From Eledone cirrhosa (Eukaryota): 64,000 bases of DNA. The stretch is from assembly GCA_964016885.1 (NCBI GenBank), contig OZ024742.1:145762001-145826000 (forward strand), read 5' to 3'. A program made the translations under genes and the position numbers. Positions 12,011 through 26,100 of the stretch are shown one piece after another (the first letter of the stretch is position 1; each line of letters begins with the position of its first letter). The notes beneath the pieces were generated by a model that was given only the letters and a program-made list of their open reading frames with translations, was not told where the DNA came from and ran no database searches.

Positions 12011-14270
12011 TTAAAAGCTTCATCGATTATGGTGCTCTCCATTATTGTTTAAGTACAGTTTTCCTCCTATTAGATTTTATGATTGTTCTTATATTAAAAT
12101 ATATATCAAGTCTTCTTTAGCCAACTCCACATGTTTTATTTTACTACTCTAACAATGCTTATTCATCTAATCTCTACAAAGACTTCAGATTTCCCACTGC
12201 GAGAAAAAATTAATAAATGAAGAGATACAGCCAGAACAACATGATACTATTCCAAAGGACTATTATTGTTTGTTGTGATAAATACATTGATAGAAGAATT
12301 AAACAATGAATGTAAATAAAATTATTTCAACATAAACATGGTAAAAGATTTGTTTGTAATAAATCTGATGTTGACAATGGTTTTTGCAGATAAATAACTG
12401 GATTTTGCTTATAAAATGCTATTTTTGATGAGTCTCACAAAAGGTTAAGATGATATTCTAAAGAGAGGGGTAATTACAAGAGACTAAAGCTGATGGAATG
12501 TGCAATGAAGCAAGAGTCATATGTAATCTAGTAGAAAATAAGCAAGTTAAAACAGTCTTGTTATAGAACCACTCATATTTCTGGATTCACAAAAAGCTAA
12601 TGAGTCTCCAGTCAGACAGATGAACAATCCATCACAACAGGATATAATGGTCTGTTGGGCAAGACTGCACATATTTTAGGTGGATTTAGATGCCGTCTAC
12701 CTGCTAAACTCTATTGCATTCAATTTGTTATTGTTTAGAGCTATGAGTAGTGAGTGAAGCAGAGCAAAGATAGAGAGATCTAGTCACTGTTGGAGCATAA
12801 AGATCACAGAATCTGTAACTCATCAGTTTTGACATTATAAAACTAATTAATGTTGTGACTATTTTGGTGTTCATATATTTTGACTTTGGCCTTTCAACAG
12901 ATAGATTCTATAGATTGAACAAGATGTATATGGAAATCCATAGAATTTTTTCATACCATGTAGGACGAAAGTAAAAATGGAGACATGATTAGCAGTATAT
13001 TCAACAGAAAGGTTTAAGATCAACTAAAATCCTCCTCTTATAATTTGAAATAATTATGAAGTTAACAAAGACTAGTAGCATCTAAAGACATAATCTGGGG
13101 TATTTTTTAGCAGAATTAATACAGAAGCTGCAAGAGAAATGTCAAACTTGGTGAAGGTTAAACAAATTAAATGAACATAGCAAATCTTTTCTAAGATTTA
13201 AATCAATATCAGAAAAGTAACAAAACTTAGTACATTAAAAATATGTAGTAAATATAATTAATGGTATATATATATAATGAACATTCATTAATTACACCAT
13301 GTGCATAATTAACTGCAAGTTAGTTGAAGAATTCTGTTACTAAGGTGATGGTAACCACTGACAGTAAGATAACAAAGATAAAAATAGGTAAAATATATTT
13401 AGAGACTTGGAAAGAAGCTGCAAAGAACCAGGAAAATAAAAAAAAGAACAGTAACATCATTATCATTATTCAGCATATTTTCTTTTTCATGCAGTGCTTA
13501 ATTGAAGTTACTATTCCCTCACCGATGGGCTGGGGGAGTGGAGGTCATAGTTTGCTTACTTACATTTCAGTTTCGGTATGGTTTCTAATACCAACCACTT
13601 TACAGAGTGTACTGGGTGAATTTTTTTCATGGCACCAGCACTAGAGAGACTGTCATGTTTTAAACATAACTGAAGAGTCCTCTTAATCGTTTGTTTTGAA
13701 ATATTTGACATAAAATATGAAATGAGTTAACAAAGCAATAAATAGGATATGTAATGAGTATAGATGTCATATGTAGGATTGTTATGTAATGTGTATAATA
13801 TGGATATGTAATGCATATAGATATAAAATTAGGTGTAAAATATTGGCTGTAAAACAAGACAGAAAAATAATCAAGATAAACTTTGGACAAAATAGCTAAA
13901 ATTTTTATAGAATTAAATTTCAATGATTAGAAGATAGTGTAAAGCGACATGGAAATATGCCTCTATGTAGAACAGTTTATCTAATGCTAAACACTTCACC
14001 ATGTTATGGATTCTCTAAGTTCAATAGTCTATTTTAATGTGTATCAAAATATTGTCATAGAATGAAAGAGAACACTGATCAATACATTAGACCACCTATA
14101 GGAAACCTGTAGATAATGACTTCTGAAAAATAACAATAGCAAACACTTTTTAAAGTTTATGGAGATCAGAGCTTTTGAGTAATTGTTTAAAGAAAATTAG
14201 GTTTGATCCCTTTTACCCGGGGAATTTTCTTACTTCAATAAATAGGATTTTTAGTTTCTTTTAAACTTGT

Positions 14271-14682
14271 CTATTATAATTCATCTGGCTTGCTAAGATT
14301 TGTTATTTAAGTACACACCATCATTGTAAGTTTTACATCTATTATAATTCATCTGGCTTGCTAAGATTTGTTATTTAAGTACACACCATCATTGTAAGTT
14401 TTACATCTATTATAATTCATCTGGCTTGCTAAGATTTGTTATTTAAGTACACACCATCATTTAAGTTTTACATCTATTATAATTCATCTGGCTTGCTAAG
14501 ATTTGTTATTTAAGTACACACCATCATTGTAAGTTTTACATCTATTATAATTCATCTGGCTTGCTAAGATTTGTTATTTAAGTACACACCATCATTGTAA
14601 GTTTTACATCTATTATAATTCATCTGGCTTGCTAAGATTTGTTATTTAAGTACACACCATCATTGTAAGTTTTACATCTATT
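14271..14682. repeat. 68-bp minisatellite, 6 near-perfect copies
   Basis: Unit CTATTATAATTCATCTGGCTTGCTAAGATTTGTTATTTAAGTACACACCATCATTGTAAGTTTTACAT; the third copy lacks one base. Confidence 0.95.
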
Positions 14683-15089
14683 TATTTGTTTAATGCTGGC
14701 ATGTGTGGGTCAAGACTGTTGAGGCCTGATGATTTTCTGATCCCAAATCTTACTTTTGTTTGTTAAGTAAAGAATGTATAACATAGGATATCGGTTTATG
14801 TGGAATATAAAGAAATATTGCTGCCTATTCCTTTCATAAAACCATTACTAACATCAAGTCTTGTATAACACCAATTAATACAATGGTTACCTGTGATATT
14901 GATGCCATTAATTGGTAATTTATAGCTAATTTCTAATATATGACTGTCACCATTCTTTAACATTTTATAAACTGCTTTTTCTTCCTCACAGAAATATTTG
15001 CCATAACAAAATTTAATTGAAAAGCTTTTTTATAGTTACTAACAATTAAACTGAAATAGTGAAAAATTCATTAGCTTACAAAACAAGTC

Positions 15090-15127
<38 letters not shown>

Positions 15128-16302
15128 ATAGAGACATCTTTTTCTTAACTAGTGATATTGATGCAGTTGATATTTCACTTAAACTATTGCAGGAGCAGGA
15201 AGGAAATTCAAGAGAGCCAATATACTAGTCAGAAAGGACTGGGTGTAATAGTTAGTATGGGACCTGGAGATTGGATACAACATAGACAATGAGAGGATGA
15301 AAGATGAGTAAATTGGGAGTGATGGAGTGGAGGTAATATGACAGCCATATCTAAGGAGCAGAGGCTATTGTAGCAGTGGCAGGGAAATATATTTTCTATT
15401 ATTAAAGACAATTCATGGCACTAAGAAATTTAAAATAGTGAATATCCTGAAAAGATAACATGAAGAAAATAGACAATGAAACATTCTACAGTAAAAACCA
15501 GAAGGTATCAACTTTAAACATATGAATAAACAACTTCCCATGGAAAGATGTATTTAACTCTTTACCAAATTTGAGATAATATCAAAATTGTAGTTGTAGA
15601 AAATGGAAGACATTTGGTGAATAGGCAAGTCTATAGAATCAGGAAAGCTAACATAAAATCAAATATTCAAACAACAACATTAGAAATGAAAGGATTTAAC
15701 AATTTTTTTACACATAAAACAGATGAGTGAGATTTCAATGAGAAAGTATTTCTAATAGAGAATATTTTAACTGAAACATTTCAGAATAAATCTTTAGATG
15801 TGTAATATCATATGCACCTGAGTACTGTACACAATAATTTTCATTATTATTAATGTAAACATATACAAATATCTGTAACATTATTAACATATTTACATCT
15901 GTATCAGCATTAACTTTACAGCTGTAGTATCACCAACACAAAATATAGGATATGCAATTAATACTATTTTCCATACAAATAGTATTGTGCAATACAAATT
16001 CCTGCAAGTCTTGTTTTAAGAATTGATTAGATTCCCAGCTATGGAAGTTTACATTTTATAGAAAGAAAATAATCTTGGATGATATAACTTCAATATTTAA
16101 AGAAAGCTAATCAAATATAGAAGGAATGAGTTTCAAACAGAATTAAACTGTGTAAATGGAATAACAAAATCATAATTTGAAGTATAGTGATTAAATCTAC
16201 GAAAACAACAACTTTTTATAGTGTTAAAAGATTCAAAATGCAGGGCCCTCTTCTATTTCAGGAAATAGAATTTGAAGAATGTTGAAATAGATATTAATAT
16301 AG

Positions 16303-16452
16303 TGTATATACTCATGTATACTTCAAACCTTTTTTCTACAAAAACATACAAACCAGCATGTGAAAAATCTATTGGATCTACAAGACATCACATCAATTTT
16401 AATCAAGTACTGAGGTAAGAAGGTTGTATCTAAAAATGGAGGAGTATATATC
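16303..16452. mobile_element. Possible pogo-type MITE remnant
   Basis: GTATATACTC at the left end and GAGTATATA at the right end form a short degenerate inverted repeat. Confidence 0.3.
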
Positions 16453-16715
16453 ATGGTGGCTATTTGTTAAAATAATTGCAATATTTTAGACATCGATAAA
16501 GAAGAAATCTGAAAGAAACCCATGGCAAAGCAATATTAACAGATCACAATTGATATTCATAAATTCTCTTGAGAAAAGTGTCCTAAAATATAAAAGTTTT
16601 GTACTTTATCAAAATAAAAGCAATATTAATCACTAAAAAAGCAATTCCTTATATTCATTTACATTTTTAAAAGAGAGATAAAGAGCTATGCTTTCTTTAC
16701 AAATTAATAGATACA

Positions 16716-17062
16716 GGCATGGCTATGTAGTTAAGGAGTATGCTTTGCGACCACATAGTTTGGGGTTCAGTCCAACTGCAAAGCATTTTGGGCAAGTGTT
16801 TTATAGATTCAAGTTGCCAAATGCCTTTTGAGTAAAAGTTGGTATATGTAAACTGCAGAAGCATGTATTATATGTGTGCATGTCTATGTTTATTCTTGTG
16901 TCAGTGTTTATATCCTGTAACTTGGAGGTTTGACAAATGGAGGTATGTAAGATAAGTAACTGACCTAAAAAAATTAAGTACTGAGGTTGATTTGATCGAC
17001 TTTATGGCAGTGACCCAGCAGCCACAGCCTAATGATTGAAACCAGCAAAAGATAAGGATAAT
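16716..17062 (+). mobile_element. tRNA-derived SINE (second family; other copies at 42166-42428 and 52060-52340)
   Basis: GGCATGGCTATGTAGTTAAG (A box), GGGTTCAGTCC (B box), TTGGGCAAGTG, AAGTACTGAGGTTGAT...CCCAGCAGCCACAG..TAATGATTGAAACCAGCAAAAGATAAG tail. Confidence 0.75.
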
Positions 17063-17724
17063 TACCTCATTACCAAAGTTAATGAATGGTAAAGTAAACA
17101 ACACAATTTATATTTAAAGGAAGAGATAATTTTATTGTCCATGTGAATAACATCCAAAAATATTCTTATGTACTAGAACTACAAATATTTACTACGTTAT
17201 GTTTTCATGGACCAAGTCTAAATATTAACTATTAACAATATATTTTCATAGAATAAATCTAAATAATGTTAAATATACAGTTAAATTAAATCAAAGGATC
17301 TTTTCTTCCAAAATCCAATTTGTCTAACTTAAATTCCAAAATATAAACAAACATGGGTGTGGAGTGAGTATGTTGTGTGTTTGTGCAAATGTAAATATTG
17401 GTGTAAAATGTGTAATGTATGTTTGATAGGTAAATGACCCTTAAATCTTAGAATTATAAGAATGCTGGCCTGACAAAAACCACATCTTGGGCATTTTAAA
17501 TCTGGTGAAGCCCATCCCACTCTGGATTGAAATGCAATCATTTTCTTCCAGAGGGAGAGAGAGAAAAAGGAAGAACCAACCCCATTACTGGACTGATATT
17601 TTATTTATCAATCTCAAAATGATGGAAGGCAAATTTAATCTTTGATCTCTGTGAGCTGGCACAAATACTGGGGCAACATTTCTAATTCAAAGTCTTAATG
17701 ACTCAATTTCTTGCCTTGCATGTG

Positions 17725-17900
17725 TTTTGTAAATATTGGTGCAATGTGTGTGTGTATATGTGATTGTATGTTTGTGTACATGTAAATATTGGTGTAATGG
17801 TGTGTGTGTGTGTGTATATGTAAGTATTAGTGTAATATATGTGTATGTATTATATGTGTATACGTAAACATTGGTGTAACTGTGTGTGTGTTTGTAGACG
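17725..17900. repeat. Degenerate repeat of TGTAAATATTGGTGTAAT plus (TG)n
   Basis: Motif seen ~4 times here and once near 17390. Confidence 0.55.
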
Positions 17901-18589
17901 TAGAAACACTTAGACTTTCTATTGAGTCATTTTCTTCTGTAAATCCTATAAGAATTCCTAGATAAGGTCATTAACCACTGAAGAGGGCAGCTTGTTTGAC
18001 TAACTGAATTTATCACTTTGATACACACTCCAACTATAGAAGAATATAACTTGTTTGATTGAAGTTAAGAGAAACCAATAAGCTAGTATATATCTATTGA
18101 CTACAACTTTATGTTAAACGAACTACATATCCTGTTCCACCATCAATGTCTTCGCAAGTCACTCACTGTCCTCTATGTCTTAACCATGACTTTCAAAAAA
18201 CACCTAAATTTCATCTTGACACGAGTCTATTTTCAGATGATGACTGAGCTGGCAGGCAACACATTTGAGACTTACAGAAAACTGACACCGCTCTCCTTCC
18301 TAGTCAACTGTATTCCTTTAATGATTAAAGATGTTTCAATGTCACAGACATGTACATAAACAATATATATACATATTCATACATGCATACACACACATTA
18401 TCAATAGATTGAACAAGAACCATGTTCTAATGTGTTTTACTATTGACATGTTCAAATGTTAGTTACAACAGCTGTGAAGTGCCTTTGAGCATAGTAGACA
18501 AACAGCCTCCACCTACATATGTTAAGTGATTAAACACTAGAAAGGAGATCAAGTGGAAAAAATAGAAATTGCTGCAACAATCAAATAAT

Positions 18590-18772
18590 TGTTTCTACTT
18601 TAGGCACAAGGCCAGCAATTACCCAGTGCATTACTGGTACTTTATTTTATCGACCCCGTAAGGATGAAAGGCAAAGTCAACCTCGGCGGGATTTGAACTC
18701 AGATCATAAAGGGATATAACTATGCTGGAAAGCATGGCGTCCGACTCTCTGCCAATACTGCCAATCCACCAC
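18590..18772 (-). mobile_element. Full-length tRNA-derived SINE with 18-bp TSD
   Basis: A-box-like TGGCAGTATTGG, B box GAGTTCAAATCCC, central CCGAGGTTGACTTTGCCTTTCATCC domain; TSD CTGCAACAATCAAATAAT at 18572-18589 and 18773-18790. Confidence 0.92.
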
Positions 18773-19809
18773 CTGCAACAATCAAATAATGAAAATGGGG
18801 ATTATAGGCGCTCATGTAGTTGTAAGCAGATACAGAAACCCTCATGAACATCCAGGATCTGAGAACTGTAAGGAAAGCAGACTGAACCAGCAGTGGGCTG
18901 GTGTTTTATTGACACCAAAAGGATAAATGGCAAAGTGGCCCTTGGTAGTGTTTGAACCGAGTGTAGAGACTTATAACAAGTATCCAATGCTCTAACTCTG
19001 CCAAATTAGTTGCCTTGGAAGATATGCAGAGATAGGAAATCAATCCCTGATGATATCTCATATTGAACAATGAATCCCTTCATTCCTTTGGGGATATTTT
19101 AAACTCCCTCAACAGAAGTATGTCTATTCCTTTCTGTGTATCTGGTTTAAAATAGATACACCATGTCCTTGCATGTAAGAGGCAGCAGTCCATAAATTGC
19201 TCCAAAAGAGATCCCATGAAAAGTATGAAGACCTTCAAGGGACCCATTAGGCCAATTTTTACTTTAGCAGAAAAACTGACCTTAAAATGCTTCTAGTAGC
19301 ATGTCTATTCCAATAATGTAAAATATATACAACTACAATAATCCATATAAGTAGTTGTCACATCTTTATAGTTCTATTACTCTGCATTACTCTGCATTCC
19401 TCTAGCTCCTGTGCTGATCTAACATTGACAGTAAAGTGTTTCAGGATAATGTCCATTGTTAATGTTCAAACATACTGAAATAGTAAGAAAGTGAACTAGT
19501 GGTGCCTTCTCTTAGCAAACAAGAAGTATATGCAGTTAACAAAATGGAATATTATTATATTTATTCATATTCAGCCACTTCATGAATAACTTTCATATTT
19601 TATCATGATTGTTCTGTCGAGGTGTCCATCCTGCCTACAATATAACCTACAGTGGTGTTGTAGAGAAGATGAATTATGTCTACAAGATTAGATGAACTCA
19701 ACAAAGAGCCAATGGCTATCCATCAAACTAACAAATGGAAAGGGGCTTCATTAAGGGTTTTCTGTATTACTGATACTCTTTGCAACTCCTGTACCCAGTA
19801 TGTTGTAAT

Positions 19810-20220
19810 TTACTGAGTGGTGCTTTCTCCACAGAAATAAACTGTAGCGATATTTACTGACAGCTGTTGTTGAGTAATGCTGCCTTCACAGAAGTAAACT
19901 GAAACTACATGCACTGACTGTGGATAAGTGATACCACCTTTACAGAAGTAAACTGAGACTACATGCACTGACTGTGGATAAGTGATACCACCTTTACAGA
20001 AGTAAACTGAAACTACATGCACTGACTGTGGATAAGTGATACCACCTTTACAGAAGTAAACTGAGACTACATGCACTGACTGTGGATAAGTGATACCACC
20101 TTTACAGAAGTAAACTGTGTACAGCCAATGAGTGGTACTACTCTCACAAAGGTAAACTGCATACTGTTAATGAGTAATACTGCCCCAACAGAGGTAAACT
20201 GCAGCTAAATGTTAATGATT
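19810..20220. repeat. 54-bp minisatellite (4+ near-identical copies, 19889-20117) with degenerate flanking units
   Basis: Unit CAGAAGTAAACTGA(A/G)ACTACATGCACTGACTGTGGATAAGTGATACCACCTTTA starts at 19889, 19943, 19997, 20051, 20105. Confidence 0.92.
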
Positions 20221-20665
20221 GTTGCTGCTCCTGTACTATCAGAAATGATAGATGTGCCACTTATTGATTACAGTTTATGACTATTTTACACTTACAGGAA
20301 ATAGTGGAAATACTGCTCCTAAGCACAACAAAAGTGAAATAAGATTGTGATGAATGTTCATCACAGTAAAATATTAGCAATATCATTTACATATTTTATA
20401 GAACCATAGAAAATTTTCTATTTCATGAATTGTAGAAAAACTAACATTATCAACAACTAGCTACTTCCCTCTAGTGTAAAAATCAACCAATTCAGTGCAT
20501 AGATGCACAGATCACTATTTGAAAGAGTTGAAAACTGCTAAGATTTCTATCTTCTTTTAAATTGACTAACACTAGTAAAGATATATTTTAACATAAATAA
20601 AACAATTTAATAATAAACTATGTCTAGAAATGATACTTTTGTTTCAGTTAATTTTCTTAGGTTAA

Positions 20666-20873
20666 CCCTTTAGCATTTAAAGCAGACGTATCCAGCCAGA
20701 ATTCTCTCACCTCTTTCTGTTCAAACTGGCTGTAACCAGCCACTCATACTGATGTTAAGGTATGGTTCTCAAAATAAATAGTATCAAAATCTCATAGATT
20801 CAATATTATGTGAGGTAAAGCCTTTACTATGAAAATATAATAGTAAATATAGAGCAGTGTAAATGCTAAAGGA
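20666..20873. mobile_element. piggyBac-like MITE with TTAA target duplication
   Basis: TTAA|CCCTTTAGCATTTA ... TAAATGCTAAAGGA|TTAA. Confidence 0.8.
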
Positions 20874-22949
20874 TTAAGTTAAATAATTGAAGAATACAAG
20901 ATCATCCTTATATCAAGCATAACATGATATAGCATGAATTTTATTTATGTTTGAAATATATAGTTTGGCTTTCAATGGTATCTTGAGGATATAATTCAAG
21001 TTGTAACCAAAATGGTTATGGAACAACCTGGCTTCTATGGATTTTGACTTTATTAATTATTGTCAGGTTTTGGCTGAAAGACCATAGGTAGCTACATAAA
21101 AAATGCTGCTTTGCCTACAAATAGATTAATTTGTATATGTCTTTTCTGGGGACAGGTGCTTTCTTCACATGACCCTTATCAAGGCCTTTGAGATTTGGTC
21201 CAACTGCTTGCAATAGAGTGAACTCTATTAAAGGCACACATTGGTCAAGTGTTGCTGTTACAAGGCAACAGAAGTTTACTATCAAGCAGGTCACAGTGGA
21301 AATGTTACTCAGAATGCAAAGAGCTGGAACAAATATTGTAAAGCATCTAGTCCAATATTCTAATAGTTCTACAAATCCCCCACCCTCGACAGATATTTTA
21401 TTTTATTGACCCTGAAAAGATGAAAGGCAAAGTAGGTCTCCACATACAACAGAACAACAGAGAATGAACACATTTTGACAACAACATTCCTAAATTAAAC
21501 AACTTTCAAAAGAAGAGAGTAAAAGATTGAGAAATGTCATTTAAAATATACTAAAAAAACATGTCTGGAATTTTGTATGAAAAGTATTGTCATGAAACAG
21601 AGTATGTAGGTGTTCAGTTAGATAATCATTTTTCACATGGAGAGAGATTTACAAACATATAACTCATCTCAGCTTATTAAACACAAACAGAAAAAGAAAT
21701 ATGTATATCCACACCCTGTTAAATAGAATTTAAAAGGCATTCAAAATAATTGAGTCTACGTAACAATACATTAATATAAATATTGGTTAGATACATAGAT
21801 ATATATATATATTCTTTGTTTTGTTGATATATTGTAATTAAACAGATTATGTAATGTTCAGCTGAAATTAAAACAATACAAATATAATGAGGATGGGAAT
21901 AATTACCAAGTATTTGTTAACTAAATACAGAGATATTAATAAGTTTCAATTTAACCATGAATGTCTAATATGAAATATATAAAAGATTCAGAAAGATATT
22001 GATGAATTCATATGAATGAAAGTTCTAATCTTGTAGAAGTCATTTCTATACAAAATAAAAATAACGTCTATACTCAATCAATGTATTAAATACCTTTTTT
22101 AACTGTGGTTACCCTCACTCTCTGACAACCCGAGAATCTCTTCTCCCTTATATATATATATATATATATATAAATATAAAAGAGAGAGAGAGAGAGAGAC
22201 AGATATTATAGTCAGTATGATTGCAGTACAGTGACACGTTTCTAGTAAATTTATATATTTATAGTGGTGATTTTAAACTTTTAATACAAATTTTTTGGAA
22301 AAACAAGTTCTTATTAATGATAAATATACATTTTGAAAAAGGGCAGTGGATTGACAGAATCATTAGCACATAGGACAAATTGCTTTGTGCTATTTGTTCT
22401 GGCTCTTTTATGCTCTGAGTTGTAAACCCAAGAGTTCAATTTTATTTTATCAGCTCTGGAAAGATGAAAGGCAAATCTGAGACTCCAATGACAAGTGAAG
22501 TGATACATTTGTCAGAGTTCATATCAATAATGTTCCAATGAAGCTTGAGACTTCAATTGTAGGTGAAATAACTCACCCATCTTAGTACACTGCTATCATA
22601 TTGTTATTTACCTTTATATTACTAACAACACATATACATACACACACTGTATTAAAAAAAAGCAGACTACATTTATGAAAAGGAATGATGCAAAAGGAAA
22701 TGAAGATACATTTTTAAAATGAAATTTTATAAATTATAAAATTGTATTATTTCTTAATTAAAAAAGAAACAAAGCAAAACTAGACCTTTTTAAAAATAGA
22801 TTAAGTTTTAAGAGTGGCAGTGATGTGCAAGTACATAAGATCATGTAGGTGTGCATTTGTGCTGAGAAATATAAGGGATATTTAAATTTACAAATTCATA
22901 GCTATGCAACTTATCTGTAAGGTATTCAGAGACTTCTTCAGCAATGAGT

Positions 22950-23188
22950 TTAACCCTTTCATTACCCTATTTCTAATGAAAGACACTACTTATGATTTTC
23001 AATTAATTTTGAGGGATTTAGTAACATAACTTTCTCATAATTAAGTTAATATGTGGAATAAAAAGATTTTTACATATAATTATGATGGAACGTTTTTAGA
23101 TAAAAATCACTATAGTAAAAAAAAAAAAAAAAATATTGTGCTTCAGAATCAGGTTCACATTTAGGCAGTTTGGTATCAAAATGGTGAA
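22950..23188 (+). mobile_element. piggyBac-like MITE, second family (related copies ~10690-10882, ~33457-33625 inverted, 51325-51724)
   Basis: TTAACCCTTTCATTACC...TTTGGTATCAAAATGGTGAA termini; internal ATTATGATGG and (C)AGAA(T/C)CAG segments are shared among copies. Confidence 0.55.
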
Positions 23189-26100
23189 AGTTTGTCTGTG
23201 AGGAGTTCCCAACCATTGTTTTAATGGAACTATTAAAAACACTAGGACTTTGGCCAGGAAATATTTAACTTACTGGCACTAACTTATTTCATCTTTCATA
23301 TTTTGTCAGTGTTGCAGCATGTTTTATGAGACCTTTATATCTCATGATTATCTATTTCAAAATATATTGCTGAAATCATAACCAAATGAGCAACATATGT
23401 GTTAAGATTTTTTTCACTTTAACAATATGGAATTAATTTCTTACAGTGGCTTACATCGATCCTAGTACTTGACTCACACTTTATTTTATCAACCACCCAC
23501 TCCCAGAATAAAAGGTAAAGTTAACCATAGTAGATGTGAACATAGAATGCAAATATTACGATACATACATTAAAAGAAATAATTGAATAGAGTGAGACAC
23601 AACAGCAATGATGTTATGATGCTGGAGAGAAACAACTACTACAGCTATAGTGGCCCTCCCCTATCCCACATAAAACACTCTAGCCTGTCAGGTTAACAAA
23701 ACTCCTAATTAAGAGATGAGTGGTTAACAAGAGGAAGAACTTTCATTACCCCCCATCATCATGCTAGAAAATAAAATATCTAAAGAAAACACTGAGTCTT
23801 ACAATAACTTATACTAAATGTACTGTCCAAGGCTCAGAGGCTAATCAAATCAGAGCTTATCCCAGTTTCATAAGGTGTTATGTTAAGTGACTGGAAAAAA
23901 AAAAAAAAAAATTTTTTCTGGACCAGCCAAAAGGTTAACTCTCATTTTCTACTGAGTGTTTAGTTTTCAGCTAAGTAAGCTGGAATAACATGAAATGAAG
24001 TACTTTGCACAAAGCCACAACATGACTATAATTGTAAGCTCAACACCCTAACCACTAAACTGTGCACCTCTACAGTAAATTTAGTAGCCAACCAGAAATA
24101 GCTTCTCAAGTCGGAAGTTTGGAAGTTTGATCAAGTCAATAGCAAATAGTTAGTGAGGCCATTTGACCTTTCATGAAACAAGAAATGTTTTATTGATCTT
24201 GCAGTATGGCGGTATATGAAATGGTGTTACAATATAATACAAATAACCAAGTTATTTAACAAACAGAATAATATACAATGAAATGGCAAGTTTATTTTTA
24301 ATATTAAGTCCGGATTGTTATCATTATCAGAAACGTATTATAATTCTATGTATAAAGGCTTATGTTAGTTTACAATACAGCTTTCTAGTTTTGACTCAAA
24401 ACCATACAATTGTAAAGAAGAAGTATAATCAAATGAAGACCTCCTATATACTACTGGTACTTCTGAGAAGATGAATAACAATGCCAATTGTGGCAAGATA
24501 TGAACTCAAAACATAAAATAAGCATTAGAAAACAGAAGACAATCTACCAAAAGTAATACACAACACATTTTCATAAAGCTGTTCAACAAAATTCAGTAGG
24601 AAAATTTATTGCACCATGCAATATAGTAAGTAAAAAAAACACTCATTGTGGGGCACCAAAAACTTTTGTATCGGCCAGTGGTAGTTTTTTTTTCTTTCCT
24701 ATTAACAAAGTTTTGTCTTATTTGCTGTAAGAAAAGTCTGAATTATATTTAATTTATTTTTTCTTCTTTTTTTATGTTTATATATTTATATATTTATGAA
24801 TATTTTAAAAGTAATATAAGAACATTTAATTAGTCAAGGTGGCTGAAGCCCTCCCACATTCACAATGCTTTCATATTCTAACATAAAATACTGGCTAATT
24901 TTAGTAAATGAGAATAACTTTACAAAGTGATATGGAACATGATTTTTGAGAATTAGAAGTTGTTGAGAAAAAAAAGAAAGGAAAACATTAGATGATATGT
25001 ATAAGTTCAGGAATATAGTAAAGGATAGTTCTAAGAAAATTCAAACATTTTTATCAAGAAACTGGCACAAATCTAAACATGATGCAACAGTGCTAATAAT
25101 AATAATAACAATATTTAATAAAACACATTGAAATATTAGACAATTAAAAATAATTATTTAAAAAAAAAGAAACAGTAAAAATACTTTACACCAAAGTATT
25201 TTTTAAAACCTTTAATACTTCCTTGACCTTCAGTTCTTCAGCTTCAGATAGTTTCCTCCAGACTCCGGATTCTTCCCAAGAAATAGTTTAACAAATACTT
25301 ACCAAACATTCTTTCTAACATCACTTCCAGATCAAACCAATGTTTATTTAAAATAATATTTTATAAAATAAACCTGATTTCCCATTATTGACTGCCATCT
25401 GTTGAAAAATACCTGAAGGTTTTCTTCTTTTTTCCATCTTAACAAGGAATTCATCAAAGACAAACATGGAACCTCTTTGGAAGCTGATGACTGAATCAAT
25501 TTTCTCTTCACTGCCAGACTAAGATGTATCACTGCACTCACCAATTCACATATATGAAATCTGTCAATTCCAATCTGAGATGGCTGTTGAACATATCTTC
25601 TATGGTTTTGGAGTCTGCTGTAGTTCCTTGATCTTATATTCTCAGCTACTATGGATATTCTTTTATTCTTTTACTAGTTTCAGTCATTCGACTGCAGCCA
25701 TGCTGGAACACCACCTTCAGATAACATATACAATATATATATATAAATATATATATCACAGCAGTTGACTGACATTAACCATCTTGCAAACAGTAAATGT
25801 AAAATAATATTACTATACAACATAGTTTCTACCTGTATTTTCACTTATGTAATTAATCAACAACAAATTATTTAAAATCATGGTAAATCTAATCAACATT
25901 ACAATAAAAGAATAATAACATTCAAATAACGATCTTCACTTAATATCAACAATAATAACTAATAATAGTTCCATTAGAGATACTAGCAGAAATCTACTTC
26001 TATTAAAATATAACAAACAAAAACCTCTTAGAATTTTGTTTGAAGAATTTCTATGCAACTTATAATTATGCAGACCAAATGAAACTTTGATCAAAAGATA

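Noticed and set aside
12900-13200. Possible very old RT fragment on the plus strand
   Set aside because: Only a faint resemblance to GLRQG..LSP.LF; too degraded to support without a search.
18690-18772. tRNA gene
   Set aside because: A/B boxes belong to the SINE head, which continues into a SINE body and is flanked by TSDs.
19810-20076. ORF with 18-aa repeats
   Set aside because: By-product of the 54-bp minisatellite; no splice signals or domain evidence.
25200-25560. Possible exon or piggyBac N-terminal remnant
   Set aside because: No continuous frame, TIRs or convincing splice pair identified.
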